NCBI RefSeq assembly: GCF_006345805.1
Contig: NC_043011.1
Coordinates: 51,596,464-51,660,463, forward strand
Direction of reading: 5' to 3'
Length of the DNA stretch: 64,000 bases
Source: Octopus sinensis
Lineage: Eukaryota
The position numbers and the translations under genes were made by a program. Of the stretch, positions 1-11,609 are shown piece by piece (the stretch's first letter is position 1; each line of letters opens with the position of its first letter). Below the pieces are notes generated by a model. The model was not told where the DNA came from. It was given only the letters and a program-made list of their open reading frames with translations, and did no database searches.

Positions 1-361
1 ATATATTCAGATTAATATTCTTAAAAGTACACAAACATTAGTTTTTATTTATTTATTTTTTATTATATTTTATTATATTTAAAAAAATTTATTGATGCTC
101 ACACAAAACATAAACATATTTAATTCAATCTGTTCTAGGATCTAAAACTCCTCATGTGTAATTTTTGTCAAATATTTCCCTGATGAGATTCTTACCCATA
201 AACATGAATTTTAATAAATTTATTATTGGGTCTGAATTGAAACAATTGTAAGATTATAATATTTATATTATTCTATATCATAATAATAATGTAATACTAA
301 GTTAATAAATTATAATGTCAACTGTAAATCTACATTTTCTTTTGATTTTATATATATATAT

Positions 362-575
362 ATAACGGGAAGCTTTACGAAAATAAACAAAAGATGAAGG
401 CAGATGGAGTACAAACAAACAATTGTATTAGTATGGCGCTCAGGAATAGAAATAAAACAAGTCTTTTACGTTTCGAGCCTACGCTCTTCAACAGAAAGAT
501 ACACAGAAAAGAAACACGGAGAGAAACAAGGAGAGAAAAAAATGTGTGCAGGAGCTACACTCATATTTATATACA
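362..575 (-). mobile_element. Short non-autonomous Penelope-like (pLTR-type) element, family A copy 1, abutting (TA)n
   Basis: Homologous to 3425-3605 and 58274-58391. All start next to a TA-rich microsatellite and contain a hammerhead-like motif on the minus strand. Confidence 0.6.
462..499 (-). ncRNA. Minimal type I hammerhead ribozyme-like motif (family A)
   Basis: Minus strand reads UCUUU-CUGUUGA-A-GAGC(GUAG)GCUC-GAAA-CGU-A-AAAGA: stem I UCUUU/AAAGA, 4-bp stem II, palindromic stem III ACGU, GUA triplet. Core has U at position 6. Confidence 0.65.
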
Positions 576-1478
576 TATTCATATTTATGTATATCACCTT
601 CCTCTATTTGTGTCCACTCACTACATCCCCTCCACCTCCTACTCTCCTTCCACAATCTTACAAACTTACCCACCCACTCACTCAAACTATCTAATCCTTG
701 GTTCCTCGTCACTTATATAAACCTCCCTACAACTTCAGTGCACGACTTTCCTCCTCATCACATTTTCTCCATCTTCTCTCTCGACACCTGTTTCTGTGCC
801 TTTGTTCACACTGTAGCCTCTCATCACCTGACACAATGACACCTCCTTTGATACTACTCCCCCCAGGTGGCTTGTCTTGTAAGTTACCTAATGACATCGA
901 TGGTGCAGGTGCCTCAAAAAAAGCACCCAGTACACTCTGTAAAGTGGTCAGCATTAGAAAAGGCATCCAGCCATACAAACCATGCCAAAGCAAACAACTG
1001 AATTTGATGCAGTCTTCTGACTTGCCAGCAACTGTCAAACCACCCAACCCATGCCAGCATAGAAAACAAATATTAGTTGATGATGATGATGATAATGGGA
1101 ATATATATATATATATAATATAATATATATATATATATATATAAATATAATATATATATATAAATATATATAATATATAAATATATATGAATACATTTAA
1201 ATAAATACAATTACACAATATCTATATTTATATAAGCGCACACACAAACAGATATGTGTGCACGCAAACACACACACACACACACACATATACGCGTGCA
1301 CATACACACAAACACACACACATTTACACATACACACATACATTATATGGGAGGGAGTGAATGAGAGAGAGTGGGAGACAGGGAGGAGAGAGAGAAGCAA
1401 ACAGATAGACAATATACAAATAGACATATATACACAGATACAAACACATACAGACATACATACACAGATACAAGCACT

Positions 1479-1514
<36 letters not shown>

Positions 1515-2147
1515 CATATACACAGATACAAGCACAAATAGACATATATACACAGATACAAGCACATTCTTACATACAAATATATCTGCATATGCATACA
1601 TGCACACACACACACACACACACATACACATAGATAAATACATCGAAAGAGAAAGAGAGGTAGACAGATAAACAGATAGACAAAATGATTATACATGACT
1701 GGAGAAGAAATATATTTTGTGACATGCCTCTTAAGTAAATGAAAAATGGATGCAATAAGATGCCAGTGTCTTAAGGGGCTTCAAGATTTTAGATAACGGA
1801 ATTGATAGATATTATTGTAAGTGGAAATTTACAGGATATCTTATAGAAAGTGTTCCTCTGAGCTGTGCTATTTTTTATCTGGACACAAAAATATAAATAC
1901 ATACACAGAATCTGCTCATATGTACATGTACACATACAAACATGTATATATGTGGTTGTGTTAATACTATATATATATATATATATATATGATGATCAAT
2001 GTGTGCATATATATATATACACACACACACATATATACATACACACACACATATATGTATGCATATATATATATATGTATGTATGTATATATATATATCT
2101 GTGTGTACGTATATATATATATAATATCTGTGTGTATGTATATATAC

Positions 2148-2180
<33 letters not shown>

Positions 2181-2198
2181 TGTAGTATATATATATAA

Positions 2199-2445
2199 AG
2201 ACAGACGAAATACCTATTTCTTTACAATCCCACAAGGGGCTAAACACAGAGAGGACAAACAAGGACAGAAAACGGATTAAGTCGATTATATCGACCTCAG
2301 TGCGTAACTGGTAGTTAATTTATCGACCCCGAAAGGATGAAAGGCAAAGTCGACTTCTGCAGAATTGGAACTCAGAACGTAACGGCAGACGAAATACCAC
2401 TAAGCATTTTGCCTGGCACGTTAACAATTCTGCCAGCATGCCGCC
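2199..2445 (-). mobile_element. tRNA-derived SINE (GCCTTTCATCCTTTCGGGGTCGATAAA family), long-tailed young form
   Basis: A-box-like TGGCAGAATTGTTA, B-box-like GAGTTC(C/A)AATTC and family core. 13-bp direct repeat CAGACGAAATACC at 2202-2214 and 2386-2398. Confidence 0.8.
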
Positions 2446-2451
2446 GTGATA

Positions 2452-2802
2452 CCCATGTAAAAAGCACCATCCGAACATGGCTGATGCCAGTGCTGCCTTG
2501 ACTGGCTTCTGTGCTGGTGGCATGTAAAGAGCACCAACCAATTCTGGCCGTTCCCAGCCACCTCTGGCGCCTGTGCCGGTGGCACATAAAAAGCACCCAC
2601 TACACTCTCGGAGTGGTTGGCGTTAGGAAGGGCATCCAGCTGTAGAAACACTGCCAGATCAGACTGGAGCCTGGCACAGCATCCTGGCTTCCCAGACCCC
2701 GGTCGAACCGTCCAACCCATGCTAGCATGGAAAACGAATGTAAAACGATGATGATGATGATGACGATGATGATGATGATGATGACGACGACGACGATGAT
2801 GA
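2452..2802 (+). mobile_element. RTE-type 3' terminal fragment (3' UTR with tandem units and (GAT)n tail)
   Basis: GGCACATAAAAAGCACC units, GTGGTTGGCGTTAGGAAGGGCATCCAGC block, CCATGCTAGCATGG palindrome and (GAT)n tail. The same sequence is attached to an RTE ORF end at 55.6-56.1 kb. Confidence 0.75.
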
Positions 2803-3039
2803 TATATATATATATTATATATATATATATATATATATCTATATATATATATATATATATTATAGATATATTATAAATATATATATATATATAATATATA
2901 TATAATATATTATATATATAGATATATATATATATATATATTAATATATATAATGTATGCATGTATATATATAAATACATATATATATATATATACACAA
3001 CATACATACATCTACATAAACACACACACACACAAACAT

Positions 3040-3360
3040 GACTGGCACTCTATCAGTTATAATGAAAATTCCAGTCAATCCAATCAATGTGACAGCCTGC
3101 CCGTGAAATTAACATGCAAGTAGTTGAGCACTCCACAGACATACATACCCTTAATGTAGTTCTGAAAAAGATTCAGTATGACACAGAATATGACAAGGCT
3201 GGCCCTTTGAAATACAGGAACTACTTATTTTTGCCGGCAAAGTGGACTGACTGGAGCAACATGAAATAAAATGTCTTACCCAAGGAAACAAAGCACCACC
3301 AAGTATCGAACTAATCAGCTTACAGTTGTGAGCTGAATACCCTAACCACTAAATCATGTG
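3040..3360 (-). mobile_element. Decayed tRNA-derived SINE related to the 29043-29433 copy, with CORE-like segment
   Basis: Reverse complement matches the 3' half of 29043-29433 (GAGTGCTCAAC, TTAATTTCACG) and contains CCTTGGGTAAGACA. Confidence 0.55.
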
Positions 3361-3424
3361 CCTTTACACACACATACAAATGTTTTAGACATACAAGAGG
3401 GTGAATATATATATATATATATAT

Positions 3425-3605
3425 ATAAGGGGAAAGTTTACGGAAATAAACAAAAGACGAAGGCGGGTGGAGTACAAACAAACAAATGTATTAGTATAGC
3501 GCTCAGGAATAGAAAAGTCTTTTACGTTGCGAGCCTACGCTCTTCGACAGAAAGATACACAGAAAAAAAATGCGTGTAGGAGCTAACGATCTATCATGGC
3601 GTCAT
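3425..3605 (-). mobile_element. Family A Penelope-like short element, copy 2
   Basis: High similarity to 362-575 and abuts (TA)n. Confidence 0.6.
3518..3555 (-). ncRNA. Hammerhead-like motif (family A), GAAA mutated to GCAA
   Basis: UCUUU-CUGUCGA-A-GAGC(GUAG)GCUC-GCAA-CGU-A-AAAGA. Confidence 0.55.
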
Positions 3606-3614
3606 ATATAAAAT

Positions 3615-3752
3615 GCAGAATTGTTAGCATGCAGGTAAAATGCTTAGTGGTATTTCGTCTGCAGCTATGTTCTGAGTTCAAATTCTGCCAAGGTCAGCTT
3701 TGCCTTGCATCATTTCGGGGGTCGATAAATTAAGTACCAGCAAAACACTGGG
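3615..3752 (+). mobile_element. Old tRNA-derived SINE fragment (un-nested version of the 4757-5151 host copy)
   Basis: Shares diagnostic variants GCATGCAGGTAAAATG, GCAGCTATG and CAGCAAAACACTGGG with 4766-4815 plus 5000-5089. Confidence 0.7.
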
Positions 3753-4703
3753 ATCTATCATATATAAAATTACAGTTTATAATTTCATTTGAAGGCTGAT
3801 AAAGGTAAATGATTCAATCCATTATTACTCAGAGTTTTATGCTCTGTGCAATGTTTGAAGTTATAAAAAATAAATCTTTTTGTCACCTGAAAAAAAGCAT
3901 ATAACAAGAACCAGAATACTAACGGAATAAATAACCAACTTTAAATGAACGTGAATACCCACACACACATGCCGTCAGATACATATATATGTTCTCATAT
4001 TCTTAGATATATACTCTGCATGCAGATACACATGTAATTACAAATTTATAATACATGATCTCAGCTGCTATAAAATGCTATTAAATCAAAATTTAATAGC
4101 TTTTTATGAAAAAAGCCCTATCCCATTACAGCTGTCAGTATGTCAATTTTTTAGAACTGGTATTTCCATATACAGTAAGCCCAAAATTAGTTTTACAAAC
4201 CCAGTTTTAGCCATCTATATTAAGGACTTTAAGAACTATACCAATAACCATTTCAGATGCAGAGTGATGTAAAGACAAGGTTTTTTTTTTTAATCCTTGA
4301 GATAGATCCATGTCTTGTTGGCAAAAATTCTATGATCATCTACTACCTGTTTCGGATGACTTAGCATGTATTTCAAGAGATCTAATATATGTTTTAGAAG
4401 ATCAAGTTGCCACTGCAGCAAAATACTCTAACATGATGTTACACCAAATGCCCAGTACAATGAAATGCTTGTAATAAGGTTGAACACATAAACTGTGAAT
4501 TGGTAAATCCAGTGCTTTTTTCATTCAATCAACACAGTGGCTGTGAGGTTATTATTATTCTGGGTTCAAATTCCAAAGAGGTTGACTTTGCTTTTAATCT
4601 TTTCAAGGCTCGATAAATTAAGTGCCAGTTGAACACTGGGGGATCTATGTAATTGACTAGCACCCGCCTCCAAAATTCCTGGTCTTACGCTAAAATTTGA
4701 AAC

Positions 4704-4756
<53 letters not shown>

Positions 4757-5151
4757 GGTGGTGAGCTGGTAGAATTGTTAGCATGCAGGTAAAATGCTTA
4801 GTAGTATTTTGTCTGTCGTTACGTTCCGAGTTCAAATTCCACCGAGGTCGACTTTGCCTTTCATCCTTTCGGGGTTAATAAATTAAGTACCAGTTACGCA
4901 CTGGGGTCGATGTAATCGACTTAATACCTATGTCTGTCCTTGTTTGTCCCCTCTGTGTTTAGCCCCTTGTGGGTAATAAAGAAATAGGTATTTTGTCTGC
5001 AGCTATGTTCTGAGTTCAAATTCTGCCAAGGTCAGCTTTGCCTTACATCATTTCAGGGTCGATAAATTAAGTACCAGCAAAACACTGGGGTCAATGTAAT
5101 TGACTTATCCTCTCCCCCAAAATGGCTGCCCTTGTGGCAAAATTTGAAACC
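4757..5151 (+). mobile_element. Old SINE with a younger 184-bp SINE unit nested in its head
   Basis: Direct repeat GTATTTTGTCTG at 4804-4815 and 4988-4999 brackets a CpG-richer SINE body and tail. Confidence 0.75.
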
Positions 5152-5366
5152 ATTATCATTACTATCATTATTTGGTGGCAAGCTGGCTGAATTGTTAGCA
5201 CATCAGACAAATGCTTAGCAACATTTCTTCTGAGTTCAAATTCCTTTGAGGTAGACTTTGCCTTTTATTTGTTGGAATTAATAAATTAAGTACCAGTGAA
5301 GCACTGTGGTCAATGTAATTAACTAGTCCCAAACCACCAAAACCTTCAGGCCTTGTGCCTATAAGA

Positions 5367-5397
<31 letters not shown>

Positions 5398-6302
5398 GAA
5401 TAACCTTCCTAACATTTTAATTAAGCTCTTGTTTAAATTGTAAAATCAATAATCAAACAAAATATTTTTAGGCCTCAATGAAGCCCATGTCAGGTCTCAT
5501 CCAGTAGACCTTTGATCAAAGGCATTCCAGCTGTGACCATTCCAACTCTTTTGGGCTTTGCTTAGTTGACAACATGATCAACTGTATCCTTCTTTTTCAA
5601 AGACAGCAGGATGTTATCTTTCTTCCTAGAACAACAATTCTCCACAATCTTTTCCATGCTGATATCTTTCCAGTTTGAATGAAATATTATGAGAATCAAA
5701 CCCACTGGTTTTAGAAATCCTACAGAGGCCATGGGCACTGCCTCCTCCTTCAGACTCAGCAAATGGAAAAAAAAAAAAAACTGTATTTTTAGGGGTGTCA
5801 ACAAATATATTATCCAATGTCTTTTTCCCAACCATTTTTCATTTTAAGACAATAGGGTGTAAATTGAGGGAGATTTAACTGTGATTTCTAAAAGACTGAA
5901 CAACTACATAGAGACTCCTTTGTGATGGATGGTATATCCTAGAGGTTACAAACAAAGCTGAAATTTCTGACAACATCCATGGAAAACTAATGAAAATTGA
6001 AGAAAACTGTTTGAACATGAAACCTTCCAGTATAGTTTTGAAGAGAATTACTTTGGCAGAAAACATCCAAGATGTTTTAATTAATCAAAACAGTCAATGT
6101 CAGTGGGTGAAAAGACAAAAGTAAAAGGGGAAGAAACAACATGAAACAAGGTTATTTTTCCATTAATGAAACATCTGAAAACAATCACAGAGAATGTGTA
6201 CAGGTGGAATGTATATAATTAACATTTAGGAAATGGGTGGAACAGAAAATAATGACACACACACACACATAAGTATACACATACACAAACACACACACAC
6301 AC

Positions 6303-6360
<58 letters not shown>

Positions 6361-7029
6361 GGCACACAGACACATATACAAGCACACATATATGAATAAA
6401 TATATATACAAACATACATACACACGCACATACAAGTACATAAACATGCATGCATTCATACACAAACACACACAAACACACACACGTGTATTTACATATT
6501 AGTGCTTGCCAGTACTATTATGGATCTTTAATTTATATGCAAAGGAATTAGCAATGCATGAATAACAATAACAGAAATGTGTAGAACATCAACATCACAA
6601 CAATCATCATCACAGCTAAACACCATTGTTGCCACCATTGCCACCCCCCATTCTCCTACAAGGCTTCGCTTAAACATGCCTTATATTTGCAAATTCCTCC
6701 TCACCAGCCCACAAAGAACCATGAAACATAGTTCCCCCCCCACCTCTCTCTCTCTCTCACATGCAACTCTCTCATCACATTCCTGCATTGTTATTGGGTT
6801 TGTTGCAAAGTTTCCTAAGGTTTCTCCCTTTCCACTCTAATTCTTTCATTTTATTTTTATTTTTATTTTAATTTCTTCATACATATATGTGGCTGGCTGT
6901 GTGGTAAGAAGTTTGCTTCCCAACCATGTGGGCCCAGGTTCAGGGGTTCAGTCTCACAACATAGCACCCTAGACAAGTGTCTTCTACTAGCCTCCTCACT
7001 GCATTATTATAATTATCATTAGAAGCAAA

Positions 7030-7660
7030 CTGGCAGAACCGGTAGCATGCCAGGCAAAATGCTTAGCAACATGTTTTCTCTCGCTATGCTCTGAGTTCAA
7101 ATTCTACTGAGGTTGACTTTACCTTTCATCCTTTTGGGGTCAGTAAAATAAGTACCAGTCAAGTACTGGAGTCAATGTAACCGACTATCCGTTTCCTCCA
7201 AATTTCAGGGCTTATGCCAATAGTAGAAAGGATTATTATTATTATCATTATTAGCAACCCAGCAGAATTTTTACAGTGCCAGACAAAAATGCTTTCAGAA
7301 TCAATAAAATAAATATCAGTCAAGTGTTGGGGGTCAATGAAAATGACCTGCTGTATCCCCTAAAATTGCTGGCCTTCTGCTAAAATCTGAAGCCATCATT
7401 GCTGTTGTTGTTGTTGTTGTTGTTATTATTATTATTATTAAAGTAGTGAACTGGCAGAATTGTTAGTGAATCAGACAAAATGCTCAGCAGTGTTTCATCC
7501 ATACTCATGCTCTGAGCTCAAATTCCGCTGAGGTTCACTTTACCTTTCATCCTTTCAGGGTTGATAAAAAAAGTACCAGTCAAGTACTGGAGTTGATGTA
7601 ATTGACTTCCTCCTCCTTTCAAAATCTTCTGGCACTGTGCCAAAATTTGGAACCATTATT
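7030..7660 (+). mobile_element. Head-to-tail chain of three decayed tRNA-derived SINEs linked by (TTA)n/(TTG)n
   Basis: Recurrent TGGCAGAA..TTAG, GAGTTCAAATT, CCTTTCATCCTTT and AAGTACCAGT motifs at about 7030, 7260 and 7445. Confidence 0.7.
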
Positions 7661-7670
7661 ATTATTATTA

Positions 7671-8209
7671 CTGAGTGAGAGAGCAGCACATGCCATCAAA
7701 ATGACATTGGGGTACAATTATACGAAGCCCAATATACCCATCATAAGTACCTGTATGATAAGGGTACACCAGGCACATGCATCACAACCACATATGCGCG
7801 ACATGGTGATTTTATATCAGATAAACAGCACATGACCTTGCAGGTGGAGCCCAGTTAAAATTTTTTCAGGTTGAGTGGCTCCTCCTGCTCGAAAGGCCCC
7901 TGAAGGATGATGAACGAAAGACCCATGTTTCCAGAGGTGAATTATTCAAACCCCAAAGAATTCCTCTCAACACATGGCTATAATGCTCCCCCACTACTTC
8001 TGCTCGTGATCAGAGATGCACACATTGTCAGCCACCAAGGGACATGCTCAACTGGTTAAGGTCAAACAACTGACAAGCAAATCTGTGGTATTGAGCAGAA
8101 TATTTGCTGTAACCCATCTTTTATACCAACACAAAACAATGTACATGATAACACTTCCAGTCAGTTAAGATCAGAAGCCATTTCATTCACTGCCTGGTAT
8201 TGCATCAGG
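7671..8209. mobile_element. Unclassified ~540-bp GC-richer element embedded in (TTA)n
   Basis: Abrupt composition change, TTA repeats at both ends, no ORF and no tRNA head recognised. Confidence 0.5.
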
Positions 8210-8688
8210 TATTATTACAGAGGTATTGTTTTCAGTCGTGTTTGTTTGTCCATGGACAAGATATCTCAAGAACCACTGAATGGATTTGAATGAAACTTTC
8301 AGGGATGTTTGGCCTTGTGATTGGCATGAACTGATTAGATTTTGGGATCCATCCGGTACTGGACAAAGATTCTGGATTATTTGTTATATTTTCTTTACAT
8401 GTATATGTAAAGTTTCACATAGTTCTCTTGTAACCGCACACACATACACACATACTCACACATTTTCAGCATTGAACATTACCATCCCATTTCCATTATA
8501 CACACACACACACATGCAAACATACCTCTCTTTTACACATACATATACTCACACTTCAAACACCGTTTATTGACTTTTTCACTCCTTCCTTCATTATTCA
8601 TCTATCACCCCTTCCTTTCTTGTTCATACGATGCTCTCTTTGCCATTTATCTCCTCTACCTTCACCTCTCTCTCTCCTATATATATAT

Positions 8689-8719
<31 letters not shown>

Positions 8720-9427
8720 CACACACACACAAATATATCTGTATATAAATACAAATATATAAAAAGACAATGCTCATTATTATATTAGGAGATAATACAT
8801 ATATTTTAACACTTTACATATATACATAATTCTACATATATACATAATTCTACACATCAATCTAAAACAACACGATCACTAAAGGAAAACCAGAATTCAA
8901 GAGAAGAGAAAACCAAAAGGTTTCACGATATTCATTTAAAAATTCATGAGTAGAACTTATTATCGTTATTAATGTTTCTAATACTTTGAAACTATTTTGA
9001 ATGGTGAATTTGTTAACTTTGATTCCTTATTACCGTTTTCACTACTTTGAAACTATTTCAAATGGTGAATTTATTAATTTCGGTTTATATTAGATAACGA
9101 TATTACTGTTACTAAATTTTCTAGAACTGCTTTGAGATGAGTCATCTTTATTACCAAGACTACACACACACACACACACAACATTACAAACACAGCCTGC
9201 ACACCCACTTGCACATTCCATGACTCCTATTTGGATTGATCAGGTACCAGACAAGGTATATGGATTATTTTTCCGTTTGAGAGCGATTGGGTTCATCTTT
9301 AGTATTCTCATTTGTGAGAGCAGTTGATCTTATTTCAGATATTCTCATTTTAAAAATCATCTCCGGTTAATCGTTGAGAGGACATTGGTGTTGCACTGAC
9401 GGAGGTTTGTGCTCTTTAAGTGCTCTT

Positions 9428-9570
9428 GTTATTATTATTATTATTATTATTATATTATTATTATTATTATTATTATCATTATTATTATCATTATTGTTAT
9501 CATTATCATTATTATTATCATTATTGTTATTATTATCATTATTATTATCATTATTGTTATTATTATCATT
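9428..9570. repeat. (TTA/TCA/TTG)n compound trinucleotide repeat
   Basis: Directly visible. Confidence 0.9.
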
Positions 9571-9751
9571 TTTTTCTTCTTTCAAATTTGCTTCCATTTC
9601 TTGCCGAGTGTCTTCCCGACTCCTAGGGCAAAGAAACTCATAGTATACATTGGTAGGCCATTAAACTAAACTCAATAGTTCGTTCATTTTTTATTTATTT
9701 TTTTAAGTTAAATTAAAATTAAAATATATGGGTAGTAATAGTTCTTTATTA

Positions 9752-9796
<45 letters not shown>

Positions 9797-9797
<1 letters not shown>

Positions 9798-10010
9798 GGT
9801 GGTGAACTGACAGAATTGTTAGCACACCGGGCAAAATGCTTAGCAGTATTTTATCTGTCTTCACGTTCTGAGTTCAAATTCCACCGAGGTTGACTTTGCC
9901 TTTCAACCTTTCAGGATCACTCAAATAAGTACCAGTTGAGTATTGGAGTCTATGTAATTGAATAGTCCCCTCCCATCAAATTTCAGGCCTTGTGCATTTA
10001 GTAGAAAGGA
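9797..10010 (+). mobile_element. tRNA-derived SINE following a (TTA)n array
   Basis: GGTGGTGAACTGACAGAATTGTTAGC head, B-box-like GAGTTCAAATTCC and family core. Confidence 0.75.
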
Positions 10011-10753
10011 TTATTTTCATTATTATGACAACATTGTATATGTCGAGGTCACCATGAGAGGCCAGAAGTTACTATTTTTAAGGATTTTGAGTATTGTTCA
10101 TGATAAAAGTAGGTGCAACACTTTGCTAGATGTGTGAACAAATTGGTCCAAATGGACATCAAAAGAAAACTAGAGTGTCCTGTTCACATAGTCAAATGTA
10201 TGTATATATTTGTAGGTAGCTGCTGTATATTTATGCAGAGATAGATGGTATATATGTGTGTGTGGAAGTAGACGATGGATATGAGTAGATTAATGCATAG
10301 ATACATGGTGTTTATGAGTGTTTAGGTAGCTAGTGTGTTGTGTTTGGATGTGTTTATTTAGATACACGCAAATATAGTCACAATTATCACATCACATGTT
10401 AATAGTACACCAAAACTGACATAAATATTGCATCAACAGGACATCAAAAATAACACCACATCTAAAATCCCCATTAGATCTACCAATGCAAGTACAACCA
10501 CCAAACAACAATAACAGCTACCATAGTAATAATTCTTTCTAATTTTGGCAAAAGGCCAGCAATTTTGAGAGGAGGGAGAAGTCGATTACATTGACCCCAG
10601 TGCTCAACTTGTACTTATTTTACTGGCCCTGAAAGGGTAAAAGGCAAGGTCAAGTTTAGCAGCATTTGAACTGAGAGCGTAAAGAATCAAAAGAAAAGCC
10701 ACTCAGCATTTTGTCGAGTGCAGTAATGATTCAGCTAGTTCATTGCCTTCAGG

Positions 10754-10828
<75 letters not shown>

Positions 10829-11523
10829 CATAATCATCATCATCATCATCATCATCATCAGTAAAACCACTAATACAATCACTCCAACACAACTCTTACA
10901 ATTACTGCTACACCAATACAAGCACAACCATGGCTGCAACCACCAGCACAGCAAAACTGTTTCGGAGATGACCAATGAATTGATAGGTTCTGTGTAAGAA
11001 ATTGTAGAGTATCAATTCTGAAAAACATTGAGAAACTTCATTAAAAAAAGTTATTTTTCTCTGTTAATTTACTTCTTTTTCATTTCTTCTTTTCATAACG
11101 ATAACGATAATGTTACAGGTGGTGGTTGTGAGGGTTGTGGTCATAGTGATGGTGACAGCGGGTTGTAATGGTTGTGGGATGATAATGATGATGATGATAA
11201 TGATGGTGATGGTGATAAAGTTAATTATAATAATAATGGTACTAATAATAACAGCATTTCCCAAGACACAGCTGCACAATTTAAACTCTACAGCAACCAC
11301 ATAGAAACCTGGCACCAAACAGACTAAAATGTAGTACCTACCAAACCCACCATCTCCGTCCTACATAAGTAACACCAAAAATTATCCAATACAAACAATC
11401 ATCACACAGAATAACACAAATGTACTTACCACACACGCACACACATCTCCGTAATATTCATATAACACAAAAAACACAGTAAACAAAATTCTTCAAGAAT
11501 ATTCATAGACACAATGTTTGGTC

Positions 11524-11526
<3 letters not shown>

Positions 11527-11605
<79 letters not shown>
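11527..11605. repeat. (GA)n microsatellite
   Basis: Directly visible. Confidence 0.95.

Positions 11606-11609
<4 letters not shown>

Noticed and set aside
727-2262. Many 60-160 aa ORFs rich in Y/I/H/T/C/V
   Set aside because: Read-through of (TA)n and (CA)n microsatellites; the same applies to most ORFs in the track.
5550-6120. Unique coding-looking stretch
   Set aside because: Only short ORFs with no recognisable motif; frames close quickly.
8020-8080. HDV-like ribozyme in the TTA-flanked element
   Set aside because: Only a P1-like helix was found; P2, P3 and J4/2 could not be assigned.
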